Assembly (NCBI GenBank): GCA_002496015.1
Contig: DAIF01000014.1
Coordinates: 891 to 64,890 of the forward strand
Source of the DNA: Candidatus Pacearchaeota archaeon UBA73
GTDB taxonomy: Archaea; Nanobdellota; Nanobdellia; Pacearchaeales; GW2011-AR1
DNA length: 64,000 bases
Direction: 5' to 3'
A program made the position numbers and the translations under genes. Below are positions 51,114 through 60,905 of this stretch, piece by piece. Positions within the stretch are counted from its first letter, which is position 1; each line of letters starts with the position of its first letter. The notes under the pieces were generated by a model. The model did not search any database. It saw only the letters and a program-made list of their open reading frames with translations, and was not told where the DNA came from.

Positions 51114-51780
51114 TTTTAACTTTGGTGTGATTAACTAGAAGGATCAGGAAGCCCATGAATATGAGCAGTTCAGCCAGCAGATAGATTAAAATGTGAATCC
51201 CTAGGAACAAGTCTACGATGTGGCTTATCAGGATAAAGAGGAACGCAACATAGACGCGGTAACTGCTTGGAGATCTCACTCTCTTGTAGTTCCTGTAGAA
51301 GAAAGTCGTGAGGGCTGCGAGGATTATTGCAAGTGTAAGATAGAAAATGAAGTCGAAGTATATACTGAACAGTAGTGTAATCACGCTGAAGTAACCGAAC
51401 AGTATCACATCTCTTTTTTTCTGAGTCCTTGTGGTAATCAGGAATAGGATAAGGAATCCTATTAAGAGGAATATCTTGTAGAATGTGAATCCGAAGAAAT
51501 TGATAAGCTGCATGTTTTGTAGTTCCTGCGTTATCGAGATTATGAAATTGGCGCGTTCAAATATAACGTCGTGGCGAATAGTGAGGTTGGCGAATATTTT
51601 GGCTATGAAAGCAGCACCTATCGACACGAATGCCCACGAAAAATAAGTATATGTTTTTTTGTTCGTCAGAACGTAAACTCTTCGACTTTGATATGCAATC
51701 AATCCGGCAACGAGGGCGATTAGCAAGTCAATTATTGAATCTATACCATAGAAGTAGCCTAAAGAAAAGCTGAGAGCCAT
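51049..51780 (-). CDS. Multi-pass (about 7 TM) membrane protein
   Basis: Repeated hydrophobic segments; overlaps the wHTH gene. Confidence 0.75.
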   Translation of the reverse strand: MALSFSLGYFYGIDSIIDLLIALVAGLIAYQSRRVYVLTNKKTYTYFSWAFVSIGAAFIAKIFANLTIRHDVIFERANFIISITQELQNMQLINFFGFTFYKIFLLIGFLILFLITTRTQKKRDVILFGYFSVITLLFSIYFDFIFYLTLAIILAALTTFFYRNYKRVRSPSSYRVYVAFLFILISHIVDLFLGIHILIYLLAELLIFMGFLILLVNHTKVKNDQEKNQIRGNKRPSRSSKKR

Positions 51781-51887
51781 AGTAACTCGAGCGTGGTTTT
51801 GTTTATAAGTCTTGTGAATTTAATTTCTGTATCTTGACTTCTTGACTGATTTAAATAACATCTTACTGGATATTATGGAGGTAACAA

Positions 51888-52058
51888 ATGGCAAACGCGA
51901 CACAACAATTCCTTGAAAATGAGGAGAAAAATCTGTTGAGACAACAGATACTTCGGCCGGAAGAGCTGTTTTTGCTGCAGTATCTGAAGGACTCGAACAG
52001 AAAATCTTCTCAGAGGCTGCAGGAAGCTTATGAATTGGATCTGGCGATCGGAGACTAG
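51888..52058 (+). CDS. Small 56-aa protein (not in the ORF track)
   Basis: Strong SD ggaggt, ATG 51888, MANATQQFLE...LDLAIGD*. Confidence 0.6.
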   Translation: MANATQQFLENEEKNLLRQQILRPEELFLLQYLKDSNRKSSQRLQEAYELDLAIGD

Positions 52059-52246
52059 TAAACTATGAGGAGTATAAGGAAGATAAGTCCAATCAGAGCT
52101 TCGATCATTCCGATGAGCTTAAACTGACTTTCTTTTTTTATTAATTTTTTGACGAACTTTGCAGTCTGCCGGGGGAGTATGAGTATGAGCATCCCTTCTA
52201 GAAGGAGTATTGCTGCGAATATGATGACGATGGTTTCCCAGAACAT
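52055..52246 (-). CDS. DUF2065-like small membrane protein
   Basis: LLLEG...P...LKLIG-type two-TM pattern. Confidence 0.65.
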   Translation of the reverse strand: MFWETIVIIFAAILLLEGMLILILPRQTAKFVKKLIKKESQFKLIGMIEALIGLIFLILLIVY

Positions 52247-52285
52247 ATTTTCTGGAACAGGTCGGGGTATAAAGATTTGTCGGTT

Positions 52286-52816
52286 TTAACCCATGTGAAT
52301 CGGCTTTGAGGAATTATAAAGGGGCTTTTTTCCGTAAACTGCAACGCCTAAATTATAATGCATTTTTCCGGTGTTACTCTCTATGTCATGCCATCTTTTT
52401 TTTAGTTCTCTGAATGTAAGATATGTTCTTCTTATTGAGGACGGGTCTTCGAAATACATTTTATTTTTGCTGTATCCTATCGCGACCACATAATGTCCGT
52501 CGTCCCAGTTATTCTCCCAATCAACATTATTCTTATTTGCCCAAGCTTGAATAAGGAGGATTACTGGAATGTCTTTATCTAAATATTTTTTTACTTCAGA
52601 GACTGTCATATATTGGGCGGTGCATTTTAAGCCGTATTTTCTTAACACTTTCAGGATTCCTTTTATGGGTGTGCCCGAGTTAGTTGTTTTCGCAATTTTC
52701 ATTATCCTATCACCGCGGACGTCGATTCCATAATAAACAAGGATAGATTGGGTTGCTGTTGAACCGCAGTCATGATCGAATACTTGCCTCAACTTCGGAA
52801 AGTTTAGCATCTTCAT
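52286..52816 (-). CDS. Peptidase C39-like protein
   Basis: Q...DCG, GT, GHYVVAIGY...FEDP. Confidence 0.87.
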   Translation of the reverse strand: MKMLNFPKLRQVFDHDCGSTATQSILVYYGIDVRGDRIMKIAKTTNSGTPIKGILKVLRKYGLKCTAQYMTVSEVKKYLDKDIPVILLIQAWANKNNVDWENNWDDGHYVVAIGYSKNKMYFEDPSSIRRTYLTFRELKKRWHDIESNTGKMHYNLGVAVYGKKPLYNSSKPIHMG

Positions 52817-52818
52817 TT

Positions 52819-54555
52819 TTACATCCCCCAGTTGTCTTTGACTTTTCTTTTTATTTCAGCTATTTCTTGAAGTATTCTTACTTCGTTCTGTGAGAGAAGG
52901 TCTTTGTTGGATTTAAATTTTTTGAACTGGCTTTCGCTGATGTCCGAATAGAGGAAGCGTGTTTCTTTAAGTTTTCTTTCGAAGTTCACTCCAGGTAGGG
53001 CAATGGCTACTTCTTGTCCCTCTGATGCTTCGTTGACCGAGGAGCGTTCTAGTTGGATTGATTTTACTCTTGCGACTTTGTCATTTGATTCGTCTATCAA
53101 GGGTTGTCCGACTGCTAATTTCCCACCAAGAACTCTGACTCCGAAAATTGCCGGGTTTAAATTTCTAAAAACATATTGATGTAAAATTTCTAGTTTACAG
53201 ATTTGCGCGAGTTCCATTAATCGAGCTTTTTCTATTTCTGCAGACTTGTTCTTTCTCCATTCTTGCAGGTCTTCGATTAGTTTGTACACTACGTCGTTAG
53301 TCAGGATTTTTATGCTCCCTGAGGGGACATCTTCTTCAATACCCACATTAAATCCAACTATTATTGCATCTAACGGATTGATTTCTTCGTTTGCCCGCGC
53401 TGAAATGATGTCTGTTTTTTTAATTGGGCCGATGCCGGCTTTAACGACCTGGACGTTTTCCTGTTTAAGCAAAGTTAAGAGAGCCTCCAGGCTTCCCAAT
53501 GAATCTGCTTTTGCGATGATTCCTTTTTTGTCCAGTTTAATTGTTGAGGAGAGTTCTTTTTTGAAGTTCTCTTCAATAACGCTGAGGTTATTGTTGACTT
53601 TTTGGAAGGGCATTCCCGAAAGGATTCCTTCTTTATTTGTTAAATGTAAACGTAATCCTGTCGCGGCTGTTACTTTTTCTTTTGGTCTGTACCTGAAAGA
53701 CAGGGATTCAATTTCTTCTATTGCTCTGATTTTTGAGACGATTGTTTCATGGAACGAGGCGATCGCTATCTCATCTCCTTCCCGCAGCTCTCCATCGTAA
53801 AGTATTGCTTCTATGTTGTCAATTGATTTCTCTTTTTTGATTTCTATAATGACTCCTTTAGCTTCATCTGAAATTTTGAGACGCTGTTTGAGGAATCTTT
53901 GTGAGAGTCCGCAGAGTGTCAGGAGCAGCTCGGGTATTCCTTCTTTTGTTCGTGCAGAGCAGGGAACTATTGCTACACTTTTTGTAAAATCTTCTATGTC
54001 ATAGTATAAGTCAGATTCGAATCCATGTTGGGAGAGAGCGCCCTGGAATATGAGGAGGGATTCCTGGAACTCTTGTGTTACGTTCATTGACTGGGACACG
54101 ATGGATTCTTTTAAAGGGAGATTATTTTGGGTGCGCCAGCCGGATATTGTATCTACTTTGTTGAGTGCGATTAGGAAAGGCGTTTTATTGGCTCTGAGTA
54201 TTTGTAATACTTCCGCAGTCTGAGGTTTGATACCTTCTTTGATTGCGACAACGACAATTGCCAAGTCTGCAAGAGAGCCCCCGCGTTTTCTTAAATTTGT
54301 GAAGGCTGCGTGACCGGGTGTGTCAATAAAAAGGAAACCCGGGATTTCGAGTCGAATGTTGTGCTTATCGATTAACGGGCATGCGCACTTCACTTGAGCG
54401 AGAGGATATTTTGTGAAAGAAATTTTTTGAGTGATGCCGCCGGCTTCGCCTTCTTGAACGGAAGTTCCTCTAAAACAATCTAATATGGATGTTTTCCCAT
54501 GGTCTACATGTCCTGCAATCGTAACTATCGGCTGGCGAATTTTTTCGAGTGTCAT
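52819..54555 (-). CDS. infB: Translation initiation factor aIF5B (IF-2)
   Basis: GHVDHGKT, EAGGITQ, IDTPGHAAFTNLRKRGG, NKVD. Confidence 0.97.
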   Translation of the reverse strand: MTLEKIRQPIVTIAGHVDHGKTSILDCFRGTSVQEGEAGGITQKISFTKYPLAQVKCACPLIDKHNIRLEIPGFLFIDTPGHAAFTNLRKRGGSLADLAIVVVAIKEGIKPQTAEVLQILRANKTPFLIALNKVDTISGWRTQNNLPLKESIVSQSMNVTQEFQESLLIFQGALSQHGFESDLYYDIEDFTKSVAIVPCSARTKEGIPELLLTLCGLSQRFLKQRLKISDEAKGVIIEIKKEKSIDNIEAILYDGELREGDEIAIASFHETIVSKIRAIEEIESLSFRYRPKEKVTAATGLRLHLTNKEGILSGMPFQKVNNNLSVIEENFKKELSSTIKLDKKGIIAKADSLGSLEALLTLLKQENVQVVKAGIGPIKKTDIISARANEEINPLDAIIVGFNVGIEEDVPSGSIKILTNDVVYKLIEDLQEWRKNKSAEIEKARLMELAQICKLEILHQYVFRNLNPAIFGVRVLGGKLAVGQPLIDESNDKVARVKSIQLERSSVNEASEGQEVAIALPGVNFERKLKETRFLYSDISESQFKKFKSNKDLLSQNEVRILQEIAEIKRKVKDNWGM

Positions 54556-54689
54556 GGTTTATTGAGTTTTTGAGCGGTTTTAAAGGTTTTTGGTAAGAAG
54601 GGGATATGTTAAAATCTCTTTTGCGCGGGTTTGGACTTCCAATTAGTCTGATTTCAGCTGAGAACCGTCAGGGTAACTGAATAGGACTA

Positions 54690-54763
54690 TGGGATCGCCG
54701 GGATTCGCACCCGGGTCACATGCCCCCGAAGCATGAAGGCTAACTAAACTACCCCACGACCCC
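54690..54763 (-). tRNA. tRNA-Pro(CGG) with atypical D and T loops
   Basis: ggggtcg...cgatccc-a; loop ttCGGgg; T-loop tgcgaat. Confidence 0.85.
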
Positions 54764-54810
54764 ATTAAATAGAGTCTAATTCCTTGGAGTTGCAAGCTAC
54801 TCGCGCAGAC

Positions 54811-55251
54811 CTATTCTAGGACAATTTCCAGAGCATAAATATCTTTGCATGGTCTGAGATAAACTCCTCCCTCGAGGTCTTCTCCCTCAACTCTTGGAAC
54901 TATTAAATATCTCCCTGGACTGAAATCGTGCTCCAATACCCAACGGTCGCTTAAACCTGGCGGCACGGACCGAACGATTTCTTCATACATATATAACTCC
55001 CCTTCGCCAAACCGTTTTATGTAAAAACCTTCGATCGGTAGATTGCCGAGATTGACGACCTCAAAATAATCGACACCTGGCTCTCGGATTATGTCGACGA
55101 CAAAATCAATCCCAAAACAGTCCAACTCAGGCTCAGGAGAGAATCTTATCACTTCATATCTCATGTTATTATAGATGACTCCCGCAAGAACGATTGCTAA
55201 TAATGTAAGTAAAACACTTGCGACTACCAGACTGACACCTCTTTTTTCCAT
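54811..55251 (-). CDS. Pilin-like protein
   Basis: Class III signal KRG/VSLVVASVLL. Confidence 0.78.
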   Translation of the reverse strand: MEKRGVSLVVASVLLTLLAIVLAGVIYNNMRYEVIRFSPEPELDCFGIDFVVDIIREPGVDYFEVVNLGNLPIEGFYIKRFGEGELYMYEEIVRSVPPGLSDRWVLEHDFSPGRYLIVPRVEGEDLEGGVYLRPCKDIYALEIVLE

Positions 55252-55257
55252 AGTCAG

Positions 55258-55455
55258 TTATCTCTCCTGTAAAACTCGGGTAAGTTCTCGAACATAATCA
55301 AAATGCTCGCCAACCTGCTCTCGCGTGATTCCATTCCTTGAAACTTCAAGGAACGCTGCGTATCTAGCAGACGCAAGTTCGCTGGTTTTGGGATGGCAAC
55401 AAAAGATTTGATATTCATTGTCCAGAACTATTTTTAGATATACTAAATCCTCCAT
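55258..55455 (-). CDS. Hypothetical protein
   Basis: 65-aa ORF co-oriented with its neighbours. Confidence 0.45.
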   Translation of the reverse strand: MEDLVYLKIVLDNEYQIFCCHPKTSELASARYAAFLEVSRNGITREQVGEHFDYVRELTRVLQER

Positions 55456-55498
55456 TAAAATAATGTAAGCATAGTTTTCTATTTAAGCTTTTGCATCA

Positions 55499-55774
55499 TT
55501 ACTTCTTTTTCTTTCTATCGTATCTTCTCCAAGCGGCAGAAACTTTCTTCGCTTTTCTGTCCAGTCTGCCAAGAAGGGATCTCCTTAAGTCGGCTGCTTT
55601 TACGACTTTCTTCTTGCGATAAAGCTCGATCACAGGTTCAGCAACCTCTTCAACCAATTCCTTGGTTTTCTTGGGGTTAAGACCTGCTTCCTTCGCAGCT
55701 CTCTCAACAGAAGTCCTTATCTTCCTAGGAAGAAAAGTCTGTTTTTTACCGCTTTTTTTCACCACTTTTGCCAT
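55499..55774 (-). CDS. Stand-alone ATP-cone domain protein
   Basis: VVKKSGKKQTF...KI..SVERAA...AWRRY. Confidence 0.82.
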   Translation of the reverse strand: MAKVVKKSGKKQTFLPRKIRTSVERAAKEAGLNPKKTKELVEEVAEPVIELYRKKKVVKAADLRRSLLGRLDRKAKKVSAAWRRYDRKKKK

Positions 55775-55817
55775 GTGAAAATTAAGCATAAGAAGTATAT
55801 AAATCTTCGGATGCTTT

Positions 55818-55959
55818 CGTTTTGTCCGAAGCTGATTTTATGATTCCACAGACTTCGAATGCAACAAGAACCTTATCTGTTCCTCTAGTTATAATGTTCT
55901 CAGGGCTGTGCAAATCCCTCCCCAAATTTAGGTAAAACCAACAGACTCCGGACAAAGCC
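55818..55959. repeat. MITE copy (reverse orientation of 62434-62566)
   Basis: ccaaatttaggtaaaaccaacagactccggacaaagcc is the exact reverse complement of the 62434 end. Confidence 0.8.
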
Positions 55960-56002
55960 CTCGCCCCAAACATTTTATAAACTTTATCGCCTCCCCGTCA
56001 AC

Positions 56003-56413
56003 ATGGAAAAATTTGAATTCCTCCCTCACACTTCAGAAATAAAATTTCGGGCTTACGGCTCAACCCTCAATGAAGTCTACGAAAACGCAGTTCTCGCAGT
56101 AGCGTCCGTCATCGCAAAAGACAACTCACTCAAACCGGCAAAAGCGAAAACGCTCCAAATCGCCGGAACAGACAAAGAAAACCTTTTATACAAATTAATC
56201 GAAGAACAAATTTCTCTGATTGACTCAGAAAATTTCGTCACAGCAAAAGCGGAAATCCAAGTTCTAGGCAACAACCTCAAAATCACATTCTACGGCGATG
56301 ACGCAAAAAATTACTCTGGCTTGGATGAAATAAAATCCCCGACTTACGCGGAAATTTATGTCAAAGAAACTCCCGAACACCGCTGGGAATTACAGATGGT
56401 GCTTGACGTATGA
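56003..56413 (+). CDS. Archease
   Basis: FEFLPHTSE...EIKSPTY...VLDV; next to rtcB. Confidence 0.9.
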   Translation: MEKFEFLPHTSEIKFRAYGSTLNEVYENAVLAVASVIAKDNSLKPAKAKTLQIAGTDKENLLYKLIEEQISLIDSENFVTAKAEIQVLGNNLKITFYGDDAKNYSGLDEIKSPTYAEIYVKETPEHRWELQMVLDV

Positions 56414-57006
56414 GAATTAAAACAATAATCTTCGACTGGGGAGGAGTTTTAATAGACAACCCTTCTGACGACCTTTTCAATTTCCTTGCGATTCAGCTTG
56501 AAACCTCAGTTGAAGAAATAAGAAAACACACAACGAATTATATAGAATCGTTTCAAAAAGGAGAAATAGAAGAAAGAAAAATATTCGAAAAATTCCTTAA
56601 ATCCCCCTTGGAAAAAAGTATGTGGAAAAAAGCAGTTCAGACAACATTCAAAAACCGCCCCGCGATGTGGGAACTAGTCTCAGATCTCAGAAAAAAAGGT
56701 TTCAAAACTGCTCTGCTTTCAAACACAGAAAACCCTACAGTAGAACATTTCATCGAACAACAATACGACAAATATTTCGACACAATGATTTTCTCCTGCC
56801 ACGAAGGCATAACAAAACCCTCTCCTGAAATATATAAAATAGCCCTAGAAAAAACGAACTCTCTCCCTAAAGAAACCATCTTCATCGACGACCTGAAAGA
56901 AAACACTGACGCAGCCGAAAAACTCGGCATGAAAACCGTTCTCTTCACTTCTGAACAGGAATGCATCGATTCCCTCAACAGAATTCTAAAAAATCAAAAC
57001 CCTTAA
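56410..57006 (+). CDS. HAD-family phosphatase (YihX-like)
   Basis: FDWGGV, LSN, KP, FIDD. Confidence 0.9.
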   Translation: MRIKTIIFDWGGVLIDNPSDDLFNFLAIQLETSVEEIRKHTTNYIESFQKGEIEERKIFEKFLKSPLEKSMWKKAVQTTFKNRPAMWELVSDLRKKGFKTALLSNTENPTVEHFIEQQYDKYFDTMIFSCHEGITKPSPEIYKIALEKTNSLPKETIFIDDLKENTDAAEKLGMKTVLFTSEQECIDSLNRILKNQNP

Positions 57007-57030
57007 AACTTCCTTCTCCCAGTTAATCAT

Positions 57031-58428
57031 ATGACAAACACCCACATCATAGAAAAAAAAGGCAAGATGCTCGTTCCCGGAGTAGTCTTCGCCTCCCCGG
57101 AATTATTCGAAAAAATCTCGCAGGATAAAACTCTCGAGCAAGTAAAAAACGTAGCCTGCCTTCCGGGAATCGTAGAAAAATCTATCGCAATGCCCGACGC
57201 TCACCAAGGTTACGGCTTCCCGGTCGGAGGCGTTGCAGCCTTCGATATCAAAGAAGGAATAATCTCTCCAGGCGGGATAGGTTATGATATAAATTGTGGC
57301 GTCCGCCTCCTTCGCACAAATCTCGACAAAAAAGAATTCCTCAAAAAAAGAACTTTCATCCTTAAAGAACTCGACGACAACATTCCAAGTGGAGTAGGCC
57401 GCGGCTCAGAGTTAAAACTTTCAGAAAAAGACCTTAATGATATCCTACTCGAGGGCGCCAACTGGTGTCTCGAAAAAGGGTATGCAACAGAAGAAGATAT
57501 CTCTCACACTGAAGATTCCGGATGTATAAAAAACGCCAATCCAAAAAAAGTTTCTCAAAAAGCAAAAGCGAGAGGGAAATCACAACTAGGAACGCTCGGC
57601 GCAGGCAACCACTTCCTCGAAATCCAGTTCGTAGAAGATATCAAAAACGAAAATGTTGCAAAAACGTTCGGGCTCAAAAAAGACCAAATCGTAATCCTAA
57701 TTCATACCGGCTCCCGCGGCTTAGGTCATCAGACTGCCTCAGATTATATCCAAAAAATGGAACGCCTTTACGGGTACGAACATCTGCCAGACAGAGAACT
57801 CGCCTGCGCACCACTCGAATCCGAGCTAGGTAAAGAATACCTCGAAGCAATGGCTGCCGTCGCGAACTTCGCCTTTGCAAATCGTCAAATCATAACTCAC
57901 AACGTCAGACAATCTTTCAAAAAATATTTTGAAAAAATAAAAATCGAAGTCCTCTACGACGTAGCGCACAATATCGCAAAATTTGAAGAATTCGAAATCG
58001 AAGGAAAAAAACAAACGTTCTGCGTCCACAGAAAAGGCGCAACCCGCTCATTCGGTCCCGGAAGAAAAGAACTTCCTGAAGATTATCAAGAAGTAGGTCA
58101 ACCAATTTTAATCCCTGGCTCGATGGGAACATCCTCTTACGTTTTATCCGGAACAAAAGAAGCGGAAAAAATTTCATTTGCTTCAACTGCCCACGGCGCC
58201 GGCCGCGTCCTCTCGCGAACAAAAGCAAAACAATCCATTATCCCAGAACAAGTCAGAAACCAACTAAAACAGAATAACATTGAAATCCGCGCCGGCTCCC
58301 AAAAAGGTCTCGTCGAAGAAGCCCCGCAGGCTTACAAGGACGTAGATGAAGTCGTAAAAGTTTCAGACGAATTAGGCATTGGAAAAATCGTAGCCAAACT
58401 CAAACCTCTTGCGGTTATCAAAGGATGA
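57031..58428 (+). CDS. rtcB: RNA ligase RtcB
   Basis: MPDAHQGYGFP, DINCG, GNHFLE, HTGSRG, HRKGA, HGAGR. Confidence 0.97.
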   Translation: MTNTHIIEKKGKMLVPGVVFASPELFEKISQDKTLEQVKNVACLPGIVEKSIAMPDAHQGYGFPVGGVAAFDIKEGIISPGGIGYDINCGVRLLRTNLDKKEFLKKRTFILKELDDNIPSGVGRGSELKLSEKDLNDILLEGANWCLEKGYATEEDISHTEDSGCIKNANPKKVSQKAKARGKSQLGTLGAGNHFLEIQFVEDIKNENVAKTFGLKKDQIVILIHTGSRGLGHQTASDYIQKMERLYGYEHLPDRELACAPLESELGKEYLEAMAAVANFAFANRQIITHNVRQSFKKYFEKIKIEVLYDVAHNIAKFEEFEIEGKKQTFCVHRKGATRSFGPGRKELPEDYQEVGQPILIPGSMGTSSYVLSGTKEAEKISFASTAHGAGRVLSRTKAKQSIIPEQVRNQLKQNNIEIRAGSQKGLVEEAPQAYKDVDEVVKVSDELGIGKIVAKLKPLAVIKG

Positions 58429-58512
58429 ATCACCCAAAAAATAATGAGGAAGCAAGAAATTCTGTAACTATGAAAGGCGCGTTTCTAGCGCAAATCACGA
58501 AGACAAAAAGGG

Positions 58513-59124
58513 CTAACCTTCCAATAACACTGAAATTTCTTCCCAAGTATAAACTCTTCTGACTCCTTCAGGCATAATTTCCAAAGGTCCTAATTGATTC
58601 CAAAGATGCATTCCATTGTAATCATAAAGCAGAACCTGTGTTCTGGGCGAAGCCGTTCTAATTTCCCGAGCGTGTTCCAAAGAATCTTCTACCATATAAT
58701 CAACACCAATATCTCTACACAAAGTTCCTTTCGTTCTGCCATGCCTGATTTTCGTGTCAAAACTTTGTCCAGTCAGATAGAGTTCTGAAAAAACTTCTGG
58801 GAAAGTTCGTTCAATACTTTGCAAGGTCGTATCTCGCAAATTTACCGGTCTGGAACTAATTGCAACAATATTGTAAATTTCAGCAAGTCTCTGAAGAACT
58901 TCCCTCGCGCCAGGCATCGGCTGCAACGAAATTAAATTTGTAGTGTTAAACTCTTCAAACCTCTTTTGTAACTCGTCGGCAGAACAACCTATCAACCCAG
59001 GGAGGTCATAACGAACAACATCCGCTCGACTTAATGTCGTGCCATGCCTCTTGTTATGCCATTCAAAAAAAGGACCAATTAAATCAAAACTTGTCTCATC
59101 TAAATCAACTCCTATTATTCCCAT
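58513..59124 (-). CDS. 5'(3')-deoxyribonucleotidase-like HAD hydrolase
   Basis: GVDLDE, PMPGA, SSR, K...C, VEDS, WN. Confidence 0.82.
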   Translation of the reverse strand: MGIIGVDLDETSFDLIGPFFEWHNKRHGTTLSRADVVRYDLPGLIGCSADELQKRFEEFNTTNLISLQPMPGAREVLQRLAEIYNIVAISSRPVNLRDTTLQSIERTFPEVFSELYLTGQSFDTKIRHGRTKGTLCRDIGVDYMVEDSLEHAREIRTASPRTQVLLYDYNGMHLWNQLGPLEIMPEGVRRVYTWEEISVLLEG

Positions 59125-59215
59125 AAACTGAGTCTATAAAGATCCTTTATAACTATTTATATTCAAAACAACAATTTTAAAAACATACAATTACTTATTA
59201 ACATAAGTAAGCGAC

Positions 59216-59986
59216 ATGAAACCTAAAGTTATCATCTTTGAAGATGCTCAGGAAATTTCTAAATACGCAGTAGAACTAATCAAAAATGAGCTCGATAAAA
59301 AATCAAATCTCGTTCTTGGACTTCCGACCGGCAAGACCGTTATCCCGATTTACAGTGAACTTGTCAAAGCCCACGAAGAAAAAATGGTGAATCTCTCCAA
59401 AACGAAAGTTTTCGACCTCGACGAATACATAGGACTAAAACCTGAGCAAAAAGAAAGCTTTGAATACTTCCTGAATAAAAATCTGTTCACTCGGATAAAA
59501 ATCCCTGAAAAAAACCTGAACTTCATCAAAGGCACAGCAATAAACCTGACAAAAGAATGTGAAGAATATGAACAGAAAATAAAAAAAGCCGGCGGAATAG
59601 ATTTAATGATTCTTGGCATTGGCGCCAACGGCCACATCGCGTTCAACGAACCTGGCTCTCCGTTCGACAGCAGAACTCGTGAAATTATACTTACATACAG
59701 CACCAAAGCAGCCAACTTCGGCAAGATTTATTCTCTCATCAAAGCGCCAAAACGCGCCCTCACCATCGGCATCGCAACAATTATTGAATCAAAAAAGATA
59801 ATACTTATCGCAACAGGAAAACGCAAAGCTAAAGCAGTCAAAGAGACGTTAGAATCCCCTCCAAACACAAAATGCCCCGCTTCAGCCCTCCAAAATCACT
59901 CAGACGTTACGATTCTGCTGGACAAAGCCGCCGCAAACTTACTAAAGGAAAAAAAAGATGGTATCCCTAAACAAAATCTTAACTAA
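59216..59986 (+). CDS. nagB: Glucosamine-6-phosphate deaminase
   Basis: LGLPTGKT, LDEY, LGIGANGHIAFNEPG, PAS.LQ.H. Confidence 0.92.
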   Translation: MKPKVIIFEDAQEISKYAVELIKNELDKKSNLVLGLPTGKTVIPIYSELVKAHEEKMVNLSKTKVFDLDEYIGLKPEQKESFEYFLNKNLFTRIKIPEKNLNFIKGTAINLTKECEEYEQKIKKAGGIDLMILGIGANGHIAFNEPGSPFDSRTREIILTYSTKAANFGKIYSLIKAPKRALTIGIATIIESKKIILIATGKRKAKAVKETLESPPNTKCPASALQNHSDVTILLDKAAANLLKEKKDGIPKQNLN

Positions 59987-60710
59987 AGGCAAAGCTCTCT
60001 ACTTAGCTTACGATCAGGGCATGGAGCACGGCCCAGTTGACTTCAACGACAAAAACGTCAACCCAAACTATATAATCCAAATCGCAAAAGAAGGAAAATA
60101 CAACGCCATGATTTTCCAAAAGGGTATAGCCGAAAAATACCAAAAAGAAATCCGCGCTTCAAAAATTCCATTAATACTCAAGTTAAACGGCAAGACAAGT
60201 TTAAGAAAAGGTGAACCCATCTCGACTCAGCTATGCACCGTGCAGGAAGCCATAAATCTCGGCGCGAAAGCAGTCGGCTACACTATCTACATCGGTAGCG
60301 AGCACGAGGATATGATGTTCAAGGAATTCGAAAAAATCCAAATCAACGCCCACGCCCGCAACCTCCCGGTCATCGCCTGGATATATCCGAGAGGAAAAGG
60401 CACAGAAAAAAAATCCCACTCCGAACTTCTCGCTTACGCCTGTCGCGTCGGTCTGGAAATAGGCGCAGACATTGTCAAAGTCCATTGGGACGGTAAAAAT
60501 TCCAAAGAACTTATTTGGGCAGTCAAGGCAGCAGGAAGAACAAAAGTCGTAATTGCCGGCGGTTCTAAAAAAACAGAAACCGAACTCCTCAAAGAGACGC
60601 ATGAAGCCATGCAATCAGGTTGCATCGGTCTCGCGATAGGCAGAAACATCTGGCAATCTGAAACCCCAATAGAACTCACAAAAAAACTCAAGAAAGTTAT
60701 CTGGAACTAA
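59958..60710 (+). CDS. fbaB: Class I (DhnA-type) fructose-bisphosphate aldolase
   Basis: AYDQGMEHGP, LKLNGKT, WIYPRG, GADIVK, AIGRN. Confidence 0.9.
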   Translation: MVSLNKILTKGKALYLAYDQGMEHGPVDFNDKNVNPNYIIQIAKEGKYNAMIFQKGIAEKYQKEIRASKIPLILKLNGKTSLRKGEPISTQLCTVQEAINLGAKAVGYTIYIGSEHEDMMFKEFEKIQINAHARNLPVIAWIYPRGKGTEKKSHSELLAYACRVGLEIGADIVKVHWDGKNSKELIWAVKAAGRTKVVIAGGSKKTETELLKETHEAMQSGCIGLAIGRNIWQSETPIELTKKLKKVIWN

Positions 60711-60905
60711 TCAATCAGAAAACATTCAATACCTCTTTCCAACCCTGCTTATCATCATAATTGAACTCAAACTTCTTCCCCGCAAAAACCACAATAACAT
60801 TCCTCCTACCCCAAAAATTTGCATACCACCATTTGATGCTCTCAGATAGCTTTTCAATATCTCGCTCAGAAATCAAAACCGTATAAAAGACTCCCTTGAA
60901 TTCAG

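Noticed and set aside
60716-60895. Short minus-strand open stretch (WYANFW...IVVF.GKKF)
   Set aside because: Looks like a gene remnant without a start; it cannot be identified from the sequence alone
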